DNA of 64,000 nucleotides from Octopus bimaculoides (taxonomy: Eukaryota): assembly GCF_001194135.2 (NCBI RefSeq), contig NC_068981.1, forward strand, positions 52,732,467 to 52,796,466, in the 5' to 3' direction. Of the stretch, positions 14,601-27,800 are shown piece after piece. The first letter of the stretch is position 1. Each line of letters begins with the position of its first letter. A program made the position numbers and the translations under genes. The notes beneath the pieces are model-generated. The model saw nothing but the letters and a program-made list of their open reading frames with translations. It ran no database searches and was not told the DNA's origin.

Positions 14601-17600
14601 CTCAAAACATAAGATGTATTAAAAATGTTTCATCTCTAAAGATGGTGTTAATAATTTGAAGAATTAAAATCTTATTAGCAACAACTCATCTGAGACACTT
14701 AATGAAAAACTTGATGTGCCTTTTTCTGTAGTGGCATGGACTACACTTTGTTAGACAGTATTCATCTCTAGCATCAAAATTACTAGCAACATTGCTTTGT
14801 AGTTGTGCACAAGCTTACTGGCTAAAGAGTTTGTCTTTTGTCTATGGTATATTTGTGGCAACAAATAACTCCGTAAATGAGTGAAACAAGGATTTCCCCA
14901 CAAGAAAAAAATGTAACCAACAATGCTAGTGCTCACCAAACTAGACATAAAATGAATGTCTGATCAATCTCCCTAACTGTAAATGAGCATTTTGAGGTAC
15001 TTCATTGTATATCAATGGGCAATATACAAATATTTATCTTGTCAACATTGTTTAAAGGTTGATTTTGCCATACATGCATGGCTCAGACAGAACTTGCTGA
15101 AGCAGGTTTTCTATGGCCAGATACCCTTCCTGTTGTGAAATCTCATGTTTTCAAGCAAGGTAATATTTCATCATGGCCAAACATGTTTTTCACAGAAGGT
15201 TGGAAACAAATGACTCTTACAACAATGAAAGAATATCTTCAATGTAAGTTGCAACAAGATATTGATGACAGGATGTGAAGGATTCTTTGTTTATTTTTTA
15301 AAAATTTCTTTTCAAATGATATTAACAACTTTTTATTCCATAGTACTGTATTGGGGTTAATACTCTTTTTCATAAGAAAGAAATCAGCTTTGGTCAGAGA
15401 AGGATGGTCTCTGCTATGTTGAAAGTGCAAGGAATAACATTATCCTTCAAAAAGTAGCATCAACTGAAGATATATATATATCTTATCTTCAGTTGATGCT
15501 CACTGTTATACAGAGAAAAATTAAAAAAAGAGTATGCATTCAAAATTTGGACTGCCACTTGTCCAGCCCTGATTGATTAGACATTCCATCTTGTCTCCCC
15601 ACCCTTAAGCATAGTGCATCCTAGACAATTTAGGTGTCATTAAAAACAAAATGTCAGGATACGATGAGGGAAATTTGGTTGCTATTTCTAGCAAAATGAA
15701 CAACCACATAAAAATTCCCTCATCAACAGTTGCTTTCGTAGCTGAAAAATTCATGAAAGGCAAAGAGAAATAATTTTCTTTAAACGTGTTAAAATCACTG
15801 AAGGGGTTGTGGAAATAGCATTTTCTTAAGAAAATGTTTTGACACCATATTCAAAATAATCATCTCAGATATAAGAAAACAATATTGAAATATTTACAAA
15901 ATACAAACAGTTCTAGTTTAGAAAAAAAAAAATTGTTGGGCCACACAACTTCAAATAACATTCTAGCTGAAATTAACTTGAAATGTTTAAAATAGGTGAG
16001 CAAAATAAATGCTCTGAAGAAATTCTACAGATACAGCATGTGTGGCATAGCTATAGATGACTTTGTTGCCTCACAACTTCCAGAAAAATGGATACACTTT
16101 AATGAAACTTGAACAAATAATTGCTTAGATCCTATAGATTGAGTGTATGTAAATATTTGTTAGAAAAAAATTTTCTGAGGGATTGGGTAGAGGGACTTCG
16201 GAAAATTCAGACAACTTGACATTTTCCCCATCAAAACTTTCAGGAAAATGGGTATTTTTTGATGAAATTTTATACAAATACCTTTCAAACGGTGCAGATT
16301 ATGATTACAAATAAATTTGTTTGGCAAAAATTTTTTTTGGAAGGGGGCTGAGTTTCAGATCAGACGGCCCAAGTAGGAATTTCTGTTTCCCAATTGTTTT
16401 TACAGCAGTCTTCAAAATGATGGGAGGCATCATTTCATGAAAAAAATATTTGAAAATTTGATTTTTTTCCCCCACCCCTACCACTTCAATCCAGACCGAT
16501 TTTCGCCAATTTTTTTTTTCACTATACACTTAAANNNNNNNNNNNNNNNNNNNNNNNNNNNNNNNNNNNNNNNNNNNNNNNNNNNNNNNNNNNNNNNNNN
16601 NNNNNNNNNNNNNNNNNNNNNNNNNNNNNNNNNNNNNNNNNNNNNNNNNNNNNNNNNNNNNNNNNNNNNNNNNNNNNNNNNNNNNNNNNNNNNNNNNNNN
16701 NNNNNNNNNNNNNNNNNNNNNNNNNNNNNNNNNNNNNNNNNNNNNNNNNNNNNNNNNNNNNNNNNNNNNNNNNNNNNNNNNNNNNNNNNNNNNNNNNNNN
16801 NNNNNNNNNNNNNNNNNNNNNNNNNNNNNNNNNNNNNNNNNNNNNNNNNNNNNNNNNNNNNNNNNNNNNNNNNNNNNNNNNNNNNNNNNNNNNNNNNNNN
16901 NNNNNNNNNNNNNNNNNNNNNNNNNNNNNNNNNNNNNNNNNNNNNNNNNNNNNNNNNNNNNNNNNNNNNNNNNNNNNNNNNNNNNNNNNNNNNNNNNNNN
17001 NNNNNNNNNNNNNNNNNNNNNNNNNNNNNNNNNNNNNNNNNNNNNNNNNNNNNNNNNNNNNNNNNNNNNNNNNNNNNNNNNNNNNNNNNNNNNNNNNNNN
17101 NNNNNNNNNNNNNNNNNNNNNNNNNNNNNNNNNNNNNNNNNNNNNNNNNNNNNNNNNNNNNNNNNNNNNNNNNNNNNNNNNNNNNNNNNNNNNNNNNNNN
17201 NNNNNNNNNNNNNNNNNNNNNNNNNNNNNNNNNNNNNNNNNNNNNNNNNNNNNNNNNNNNNNNNNNNNNNNNNNNNNNNNNNNNNNNNNNNNNNNNNNNN
17301 NNNNNNNNNNNNNNNNNNNNNNNNNNNNNNNNNNNNNNNNNNNNNNNNNNNNNNNNNNNNNNNNNNNNNNNNNNNNNNNNNNNNNNNNNNNNNNNTACAA
17401 ATGTCTTTGTAATCGTAATCTACAGCGTTTGAAAGATATTTGTATAAAATTCCATTAAAAAATATCCATTTTCCTGAAAGTTATGAGGGGGGAAAGGGTC
17501 GTGTGAATTTTCCGAAACTCCTCTCCCCAAACTCTCGGAATTCTTTTCCCCAAATAAATCTTTAAATACACTCAATCAACAGGATCTAAGTGATTATTTG

Positions 17601-18750
17601 TTGAAAGTTTCATTAAAAAGTATCAATTTTTCTGGAAATTACAAAGTAACAAAGTTGGTGGAGTATATACATTTGTAGTTATGCCGCGTGCGCAAGGATT
17701 TCTAACAAAAATATATTCCATCTGCACTGAGCCATCTAACAAACATCCTGTTACACGTATCATTGGTAGAGAGTGATGAGATGGGAGAAGGAAAGGAAAT
17801 TGTGAGGTTAAATGCAATTTAACGAAGAATTACCGCAATTTAATGGGAATTTTATACCAGTTGCTGATTTCTATAAAATATTTCCCCCAAACAATCCGAT
17901 GCTTTACAAAAGTAAAATAACTAAGTTGGTTTACTGTATGAAAAAAGTTTCAGTCAAATACTTTGTTCCGAAAATGAAGAATTTCTAAAGGTAAATTTTA
18001 TTTGTATACTCATAAATACAATTTTTATCGAGACATCATTATAGGTAATTTTGTATTCTATTATTACTGAGCGTGTGCGTGAGAGACTTAGAGAGAGAGA
18101 CAGACAGAGAGAAAGAGGGAGAGATAACAACACGTGGCTGAAAAATACCTACCACAAACTCCAATAACGCGATAGCGTGCCAGCGGTACTCTACGTAGTC
18201 GCTCGAGCTACCAGATGCAGATCTCCCTCTCAAATCACATATTAACGTCTTAAGAAAAGGACTTATTGGATAACGTAGTTTAAAATACATTATGACGGAT
18301 TCAAAGACGATGTGATCATGATTGGAATACCTTTGGTTACCCTGACCTCGGGCGGAACAACGTGATCGAAGCAGTACATAAATGGATACTTAAGGGAACT
18401 CATCAATTACAACTAGAATGACAGAAACCAGGTAACGTAAGAGGCAATTTATTTCTTTTTAAAGGAATTCTGTGTCTATAGGAAAATAGATTGTTTTTGT
18501 TTTTCATTCTGGCTTCTAACCACCACCACACGCGAATCAATCGTTGAAAATGACATGATGTAATTATTTTCACCATCTTCCTTAAGACACAGGGGAATGT
18601 TTTCTGAAGTTTCACGAAAACTGAAAATGTACAACTTTATAGTTCATTTCCAAAAGTGTCTGAAGACAATGCATAGATTTGTCTTTTTTGAGAACTACCC
18701 TAAAATTGTGGGGTAGTTCTTAGGGTATTGTTGTTTTAATAAACACACAC

Positions 18751-18816
<66 letters not shown>

Positions 18817-21800
18817 GTATGTATATTGATTGAATAATGATTGTCAAGCGTTTGTGTAAACTTCAACCCCATCCCCGTAACAATCAGAAAAAATACACGT
18901 GATCGCCGTTGGTAACGACGACCGAAAAGTTACATGGAGAAATAAGGAGAACAAGGGACATAACTGATATCATAAGCGATCAAAATTTGGACAAAAATCT
19001 GCAAAGAAATATGAGAATGTTAGCTGAGAAATATAACAGCTGTGCGGCAATAACCGTTATGTCAGTAACCCTGTTTTTATACTGCATGTCATTAACCAAA
19101 CACGTGCATATCTACATATGGAAAAGGTCAAGTGAACGTATCAGCTACTGCAAAATTTGTGATCTAGTTCAGTACTAACGTTTGTTTATATTTAAAAGAA
19201 ATGTGTGAATGCAAAAACAAATGGTATGACTGATTATTTTTCATAGTAGGTATTACCTAGAAAAATATGTGAAGATAAATTTTCATTTTCCAACAAAGTT
19301 TTTTTCCTATATAGTCGCCCGACTTGCTGGAAGTAGAAGTCTTAACCCTCCCACCCTTTCTACATACACTAATCTTTGAGCAGAAAACAAAAACCACGGA
19401 TCTGCTGGATCGAGACTGAGTTTGAGCTATACAAGAACAAAGAGAAAGAAAAAGGGCATGGAATTGGGTAGATCCCCACTATTTTTATTTTTTATTTTTA
19501 ATATTCTTAACGGAAATTATGATTCTGAAAACACTTTTTATATTTTTGTTTCCTAACTCCGTGCACTTTTCCTTTCACCAATAAATGCTTTGTGCCTATT
19601 CATATTTTAAAGCTTTCAAAAAAAAAAAAAAAAAAAGGNNNNNNNNNNNNNNNNNNNNNNNNNNNNNNNNNNNNNNNNNNNNNNNNNNNNNNNNNNNNNN
19701 NNNNNNNNNNNNNNNNNNNNNNNNNNNNNNNNNNNNNNNNNNNNNNNNNNNNNNNNNNNNNNNNNNNNNNNNNNNNNNNNNNNNNNNNNNNNNNNNNNNN
19801 NNNNNNNNNNNNNNNNNNNNNNNNNNNNNNNNNNNNNNNNNNNNNNNNNNNNNNNNNNNNNNNNNNNNNNNNNNNNNNNNNNNNNNNNNNNNNNNNNNNN
19901 NNNNNNNNNNNNNNNNNNNNNNNNNNNNNNNNNNNNNNNNNNNNNNNNNNNNNNNNNNNNNNNNNNNNNNNNNNNNNNNNNNNNNNNNNNNNNNNNNNNN
20001 NNNNNNNNNNNNNNNNNNNNNNNNNNNNNNNNNNNNNNNNNNNNNNNNNNNNNNNNNNNNNNNNNNNNNNNNNNNNNNNNNNNNNNNNNNNNNNNNNNNN
20101 NNNNNNNNNNNNNNNNNNNNNNNNNNNNNNNNNNNNNNNNNNNNNNNNNNNNNNNNNNNNNNNNNNNNNNNNNNNNNNNNNNNNNNNNNNNNNNNNNNNN
20201 NNNNNNNNNNNNNNNNNNNNNNNNNNNNNNNNNNNNNNNNNNNNNNNNNNNNNNNNNNNNNNNNNNNNNNNNNNNNNNNNNNNNNNNNNNNNNNNNNNNN
20301 NNNNNNNNNNNNNNCTACACACTTGTCAACACCCCCAGGCTGGTTAAAAAGACCAGCCTTTCCTTCATTCACTAACTCATGTAAGCAGTGCGGGCTGGAC
20401 ATGGACCGCACCCCTTTTCGGTCCTTTTCTACAGAAACCCACTTTTTCGACTGCGGAGATTACGAGTCTGCAAAAAAATCGGCATTTCAAAATTTTAATC
20501 CCACAATTTTGAAACTGCCGATTTTGTTTTTGCAGATTCGGAATCCCTGCAGTCAAAAAGGTGGGTTTCTATAGGAAGAAACCCCCTCCCCCCCAAAACG
20601 CGAAAGCAGATGCGGCCCATGTTGTTTACCTCCGCCCTAGGGTGCTTAAATGAATATTAATTCAACCTCAGTACTTGACTGGTAATTATTTTATCGACAC
20701 CGGAATAAAGAAAAGTAAAGAACTAAATTACTGTAGGCATTTTCTCTGGCACTCCCAAACGGTAAATGCGAGGAGTGTAGAAAAACAGTAAAGGTTACGC
20801 GAAATACCGAATGCTCTTAAATACCACAGCTTCATACACAGACAGAATGATGTCGGGATTCACACACACAATATTAAATATTTATGGAATCGCATGACAA
20901 GAAAATTCAAAACAATATGTGGTACTTGAGATTCAGTTGTACATTATCGAATTTCTGTGACCGGGAAATTAATCTAAGTGCCTTTTTACCTCACCTTTAG
21001 TAAATGTAAGTAAATTTCTTAGCTATCGTTTTGGTATTTATTTCTCGTGTCCTCCAAATAACTCTGGGCGTCTCTATTTTTACCTTACAAGCAAATATGT
21101 ATTGTTTTATAAATTTAATTGTACAGTATGTCATTTGCGTTTGCGGTCCAGATGGACTATATGTAATCTGAACCTTTCCCCACTTATTATTATTTTTTTT
21201 TTTTACGGAATCCTACGTTTTAGGCTATGGAGATTCCGATTCTGAAATTTTTTTTTCAAAAATCTCAATTTCAAAATCAAACCCTAACCCTAACCCTAAC
21301 ACTAGTTTTGTGAGATTTGGTTGTTTATTGCTTGTGCACATATACATACATGTTGTTTCTAAATACAATATGCATTACTAACAAAATATCGAAACCCATT
21401 ATTACCAATTTAATATTGAACATTTCCAACATTCATTCTTCGTTCAAACAATTTTTTTTTTTCAGAATCGGAATCTACATAGCCTAAAACGTGGGATTCC
21501 GTAAAAAAAAATTAATAAATAAGGGGTGGGGAAAGGTTCAGATTACATATAGTCCGTCACTACCGCATTTGCATCCACACTAAATTAATGTGTATGTATG
21601 TATGTATGTATGTATATGTGTGTATACATGCATGCCCGCACGCACATTCTTGTTGTTCGGTATGTTGAGAGAATATTGAATTTTATAACGCATCAAAACC
21701 AAAACAACTTGATGAACGAAGAATGAATGTTGGAAATGTTCAATATTAAATTGGTAATAATGGGTTTCGATATTTTGTTAGTAATGCATATTGTATTTAG

Positions 21801-24800
21801 AAACAACATGTATGTATATGTGCACAAGCAATAAACACGAAACAGATTTTATCGTGTTCCTGGAAAAAAGGATTTTCAATCACTTTTATATTATAAACAG
21901 CAATGAAAAATAACGAATATGAAAACAACAAAATGTTAAGCGTAGGTATAATGAATATAAATTGGCGTAGTACCCTGAGGAATGCGAAATGATTCTCTGA
22001 AAAACGTATTCCATTTATACCCTGGTCATTTAAAAAAAAGCCCCTACAAGGTAATAATTTGATTTAATATTTTAATGTGGGCATTGTGGAAAAAACAATT
22101 GAATACAAAAAGTTTCACTCCTTTCTCTTTTAATCAGTGATCCATTTAGTTTTGCTGAAAGATAAAGCCTGCAATACTGCTTATGGCAGAGAAAATTACC
22201 TATTACTCGGTATTCGTGTGTTTACAAATAATTGTTTCAAATGTTGGCACATGGTCAACAATTTTAGAGAGGACGTCAGTCGATCACGTCGACCCCAGGG
22301 TTTAACTGGTACTTATTTTATAGATTCCGAAAGGATTAAAGACAAAGTCGACCTCGGCAAAATTTGAACTTAGAATGTAAAAAGTCAGATTTTGCTAGAT
22401 CCACTAACGATTTTGCCGCTTTAATGTTTACAAATAATTCCATTTCCTATCAAAAATTGGACAAGGTATATAGTTACACCCCTTTAATTGTGGGTAAAAG
22501 TAGGCGAAGCGCTTTTCCAAGCCTCTGGGTTAAATAAGAACTGGGGAAATTTAATCAGCTGTTCCTTCTCTTCAAATATATGGTATTGTGTTTATAAGAG
22601 AAATAATAATTATTATTCTAAGCTCTTGTACTTTGCTCTGTATCCACACGAGCCAGTTAAGCAGACGACTGATACCATTCTTTATGGTATATCTCTGAAC
22701 ATCCTTTACAACTCAAGTAGTTCATGTGCAGCTGCTAAAAATGCTGCCTACAACACTTGAAGAAGGTTACCTACCATTGCAACAATTTGGAAAATGCGTG
22801 ATATGGACCAATTATACTAGTCAACAAGAGTATGATAGATATAGCAATTATGAATATGAAGGCAGGAGAAAGCTTCTGGCTCAATAGAAATCATTGCTGA
22901 GATACTTAAAAGATCTGGTAGAAGATTTGACCTAGTCACCCAACAGTTAACTAGGTTGTACAGGAATGAGTTATACACGACAGAATTACAAACTTCAGTC
23001 CTATCCAGCAGGAAATAGATAGGACATGACTCCTGTCAGATAAATAGCCTTGATTCATATGTAGGAAAGTTGCTGGCAGGAATTCCATATAGTGTACCCA
23101 GTGCAAGCTTAGGCACATGAGGTGCATTGGAATCACAAGAAAGTAACCTTTGTATGTAAATGTGCACAAGCAATAAACACTAAAGGCACATGGAAAATAG
23201 ATTTTTTCAAATATCCAGGAAATTCAGAAGTAGTAGATAATTTCTGTTACTTAGGTGACTATATTAGTGAAGGAGGATGTTCTGAAAGTATAGTCCACTA
23301 GAATAGATTTGGTCGGAGTTCAGAGAGCTATTACCTTTATTGGTAATAGCTCTCTGAATGGAAGGCAGATTGTATGATGCTTGTCCTAAAGGCAAAGACT
23401 AGAAAGGGATGGAGCCAGTATGTTCTGTTGGATGTGCAACATCAGTGTGTGAGTGCAAATAAGAGGAATCAAATGTAATGTTGGCTCCAAACAGGTGATT
23501 AGGGATATTCTGTACTTGAGAAAACCCATCTATCTCACCCTACACCCAATCTGTTGCTATCAAGCCTTTTGTCTTCCTAACACCCATCTACCCCCACTCT
23601 TCTAACTATGGCATTACTCAGCTGCAGCATTCATGAGTAGGTTATGCACATATTTCATCTCTTTTTGAGCAGTCATCTAATCTGCATATCCTTAGACCCA
23701 TCCCTCATTCTCAATATTATTCCTTCCTACTTTATTTTTACTGATCACCCATCACTTCCTCTCCTTGACGCTACATCTTAGAGCTACCATACTCTCTCTT
23801 AACTGCTATCACCCATCATTCTCTCATATCTACCACTGCTGGCCTCTCTCCACCTTCATCTCCATTCACTATAACCACTCCCATGTACTGCTGACACTGT
23901 ACATATCTCACCCCCCCATACACACATATTGCACTTCAACTCTATTTTCTGATCTCCACCCATCCTGTACTACCATTTCTTTCACCCTCACCACACCATA
24001 CAATATTTACCACCAACTACTCCTCCATCTCTAACCTGTCACTCTCCTTTCACACTTCCTGATTCTTGGTCCATATTCTCTCATTTTGTATCTTGAGAAT
24101 ATGTTCTGATATCTGGCCACCACTACCTTCTCTCCAGCTATCTGCACCCACTCTTATATAATGCAAGGTAGCCATGTATCTCCTATATATCAAGACATGT
24201 ATGCTTGTCCCTCTATCATATTTTACCCTCTCAACACCTGGCATTAAGCCACTTTCTCTACTCCAACAATTTGTTGTCTTGAGTTACTTGGCAACCTCAA
24301 AAATGTTGGTACCATAGAAAAAAAAAGCATCCTATAAAGTGGTCAGTATTAAGAAGGGCATCCAGTCAAGGAAATTATGGCATAACAGACATTGGAGTTT
24401 AATGCAGTCCTCTGGCTTGTTGGATCCTTTCAAACTAACTATGCTAACATGGAAAATGAACATTAAATGATGATGAGTACACACTATTCAAGATATGTTT
24501 AAAAAATTTTCAAGAACAAGGGACTATGTATATTTATTGTGTTAGTGGCTGATCTATACGTGTCATCATTATCATCATTTTATTGTCTACTTTCCCATGC
24601 TTGCATGGGTCAGACGAAACTAAATCGGAGCAGAAATTTTTTTACAGGTGGCTGCTTTTTCTGACAACCCTCAACAACTCATTTCTAACCAAGATAATAT
24701 CGAACAACATAACACAAACATGATTATACAGAGAAATGAAAACAAATGACACTTTGAATGCACCTTTTGTTTATAATCAGCAAACATACAAGATGAAATG

Positions 24801-27800
24801 AAATATGAATCCATGTATACACACACCACACAGATTTCTTTCACCAAATCCACTCACAAAGCTTTGGTCAGCTACCCAAGGTGCCATGCAGTGGGGCTGA
24901 ACCTGAAACCATATGGTTAGGAAGTAAACTTACCAACCACAATGCCATGCCTGCACTGCACTTAGTCCGTAACATTTATGTAGACTTGAGCAAATACAAT
25001 TATAATTACTACGTCTACTTCTGCTAAATTAAAGATCTTGACAAACTGAACATAAATTAGACTTATTCTATTTTTGCATAGCTACCACTTACGAGACATG
25101 AGTTTATTTCCTCTACTTAACAACAAAGTGTCATCCTTTATATAACTCAGTCAAGTACTACATTTTTCTGTCATTCAGATATAGAAAGACAGACACTAAG
25201 AAAACCATCTTTACTTCCATAATTACTTTATTCAAAGAGTTCTGATTTATATGATCCTCACCCTATTTGGTTCTTTGAATATTCACAAACTTTCTACAGA
25301 ATACTTCTTGGCAAGATATGGATTTCTATCTTTAGAATAAGAGGCAATGCATTAGTTACATTTACCAGAACACTTGTTGAACCACAAACAACTTATCGTT
25401 TTGAGACCACAAGTTAATTTGTTGCTGAGAGCAGATAATTCTACCTTGCAGCTGACAACTTATAGGTCTTTCAAAGGTTGGATGATAAGAAAATTGTATC
25501 TTCTCTTTATAATAAATGGTGTATGAGAATGCAAATAAGATGAAAAGTGAAAGTTCAGTAAACAAATGTGCACAATAAATGGCTCATTTCATTCTTTGAG
25601 AAAAAGTTAGTTGGAATAGCATCAGAGAAGACTGCTTAATTCCTTGGATTTGTTTGTTCATTTTATGCCCATTTTTCCATTCAAGAATAGGTTACATGAG
25701 TACATATTATTGAAGCATTGTTTATAGCCAAATGTTCTTCCAGTTGCTAATTCTTACCTGTTTTCAACTAAGGGATATTTTATTCCACTTATCTTTGAAT
25801 GTGCAGAGCCAGCAATGAGAATGACAACAAATTTCAGTGCTTGTAGCTAAGTGCTTTTTCATGCAACATACTGAATACAAAAATTCAGTCACACATTTCC
25901 TTCTATGGGATTTACTAATGAGCCATTGATTGGCCTGGAACTTACAGGCATAAGGTGCCATGCAGTGAGACTGAACTCAAAAAGCATACTTCACTACACA
26001 GTCAGGTCTGCTGGGACTGAGAAGGGCAATGCTTATGATACTTTATAGGGACTTTAAAGCATGTCGGAGGAAATTCTAAGACAGGAAACCTGAATGCTTG
26101 CAACAATATATTCTACTAAAGGTTTCTGGAGGCCAGGTGATGGTGTAAACCGAAGCAACATGTTAAGTCTCCTGACTATTATATTTGTAGAAATATTTAG
26201 AAAAAGTGCCTTTCAATAGAAAGCTTGTTTTATTGGCAATGTGTAGCAGGTTTTTGTAAAGTCTTAACTTAATTAGCCACTGTCAACTCACTTAAAAACT
26301 CCAGTTGTTATTTCCTTTACAGTGAATTCTTTTAGCTAAGTAAAAACCGAAATGTAACAAGCTTCAAACAAGTGCTAATTTTCTGATCCACACAGTTTAG
26401 GAGTTAGATGTTATTCTGAACTACAATCAGTTTGGTTTTGAAAGAAAATACAAATTCTCATTTGTACATTTAGTATATACATATAAAAAATACTGAATAA
26501 AAAAAAACAACAACAACAAAAAAAACCCAAACTGAAATATAAATAACAGTGTTGGCTAAGTTATACAGTGTTCATGGAGATATCATTCCACTTGGGTTTC
26601 TCAATGTATCTGTGCAGCATTTTTTGAAACCCTCACAACTTGATATGTCAATTGTAGCTTAAAAAGTATTCACTATCCCAATTATTGGGAAAATGTGGAT
26701 TTTTAGCTCAAATTAAAAAGTTTTATTGCACTAATAAATATAATTTAGGAATAGTTGATGGCTACAATTTTTATGCAAGATAAAAAATAGGGTTTCAATT
26801 CTTTAGGCAACTGAAGATATAAAGTATAAAGATTGCACCCCTGGATTGATCAATGTAAAGGAGTGAAAGTCTTTTGACTAAAAGATGTTGCAGGGATAAA
26901 AACAGATTTTCAAAGGATGTCTGAATTAGGGATTTTGATCTGAGCAAGATATCCATATAATAGCAGAAAGGTATAAACTCTGTTGATGTTAGTTTCAAAT
27001 GATGTTGAAGCTATCAAAATATAAATTAGGAGTTATGTCCTTGTAACAAACTGCACTGAAAGGTTTCTGAAATAGTGCTGCAATCTTTAATCTCACAGGG
27101 ACCATTTATTTGTATAACAAGAGAGTCAAAAGAGACTTGGATAAGCTAAATAATTTTGATGAAGAAAGTATTAGTACTTTTTATACTTCAGAGGTGGTCA
27201 AACGACTTTCATTATACATTTAGATCAATTTTACTGTATTTTGACAAATATTAACTCCAGAAATATCGGAATGAATGAAATATGAGTAAAACAGCATAGC
27301 AACTGAGAACAATGGATTTCATAACACATATGCAATTATATCTGAATGCTTATTTTCACTTAACCATTTCATCACCACATCTCTATTGAAGTATAGATAT
27401 TGTTTTTAATTTTCAAAATTTGTCAAGAATTTGGAAGAATTTCATAAAATAATTAAATTTTTAATTATTAAAATAGTTTGGAAAGTAATTTAATGGAAAG
27501 ATTTTTAAAAATGATGTAAGGTTTTTAATTTAAATATGAACAATTTAAAATCAGAACTGGAGGTGTTCTCTAGTGGGTTGGTATTAAAAAGATCAAAAAA
27601 ATGTATTAAAAAAAACTTATGTCAAGAAGCATAGAATATTGGACAAGTTAGAAAATAAACATATTGTGAAAAAAAATTTGTCTAAGATACAGAAAATATG
27701 TAAAATAAACTGAAATATTAAATAATTAGAGGGAAATATTTTACATTTTATTAAATAATTGTTTCTAAGAGAGGCGCACAACCTGAAATTCACGAGAGGA

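Noticed and set aside
16437-20574. Long ORFs of 240-330 aa (also at 45286-45993 and 62156-62834)
   Set aside because: They run through N-gaps and are artefacts of X translation.
21281-21300. Chromosome end or large interstitial telomere
   Set aside because: Only about three CCCTAA units, embedded in a foldback repeat.
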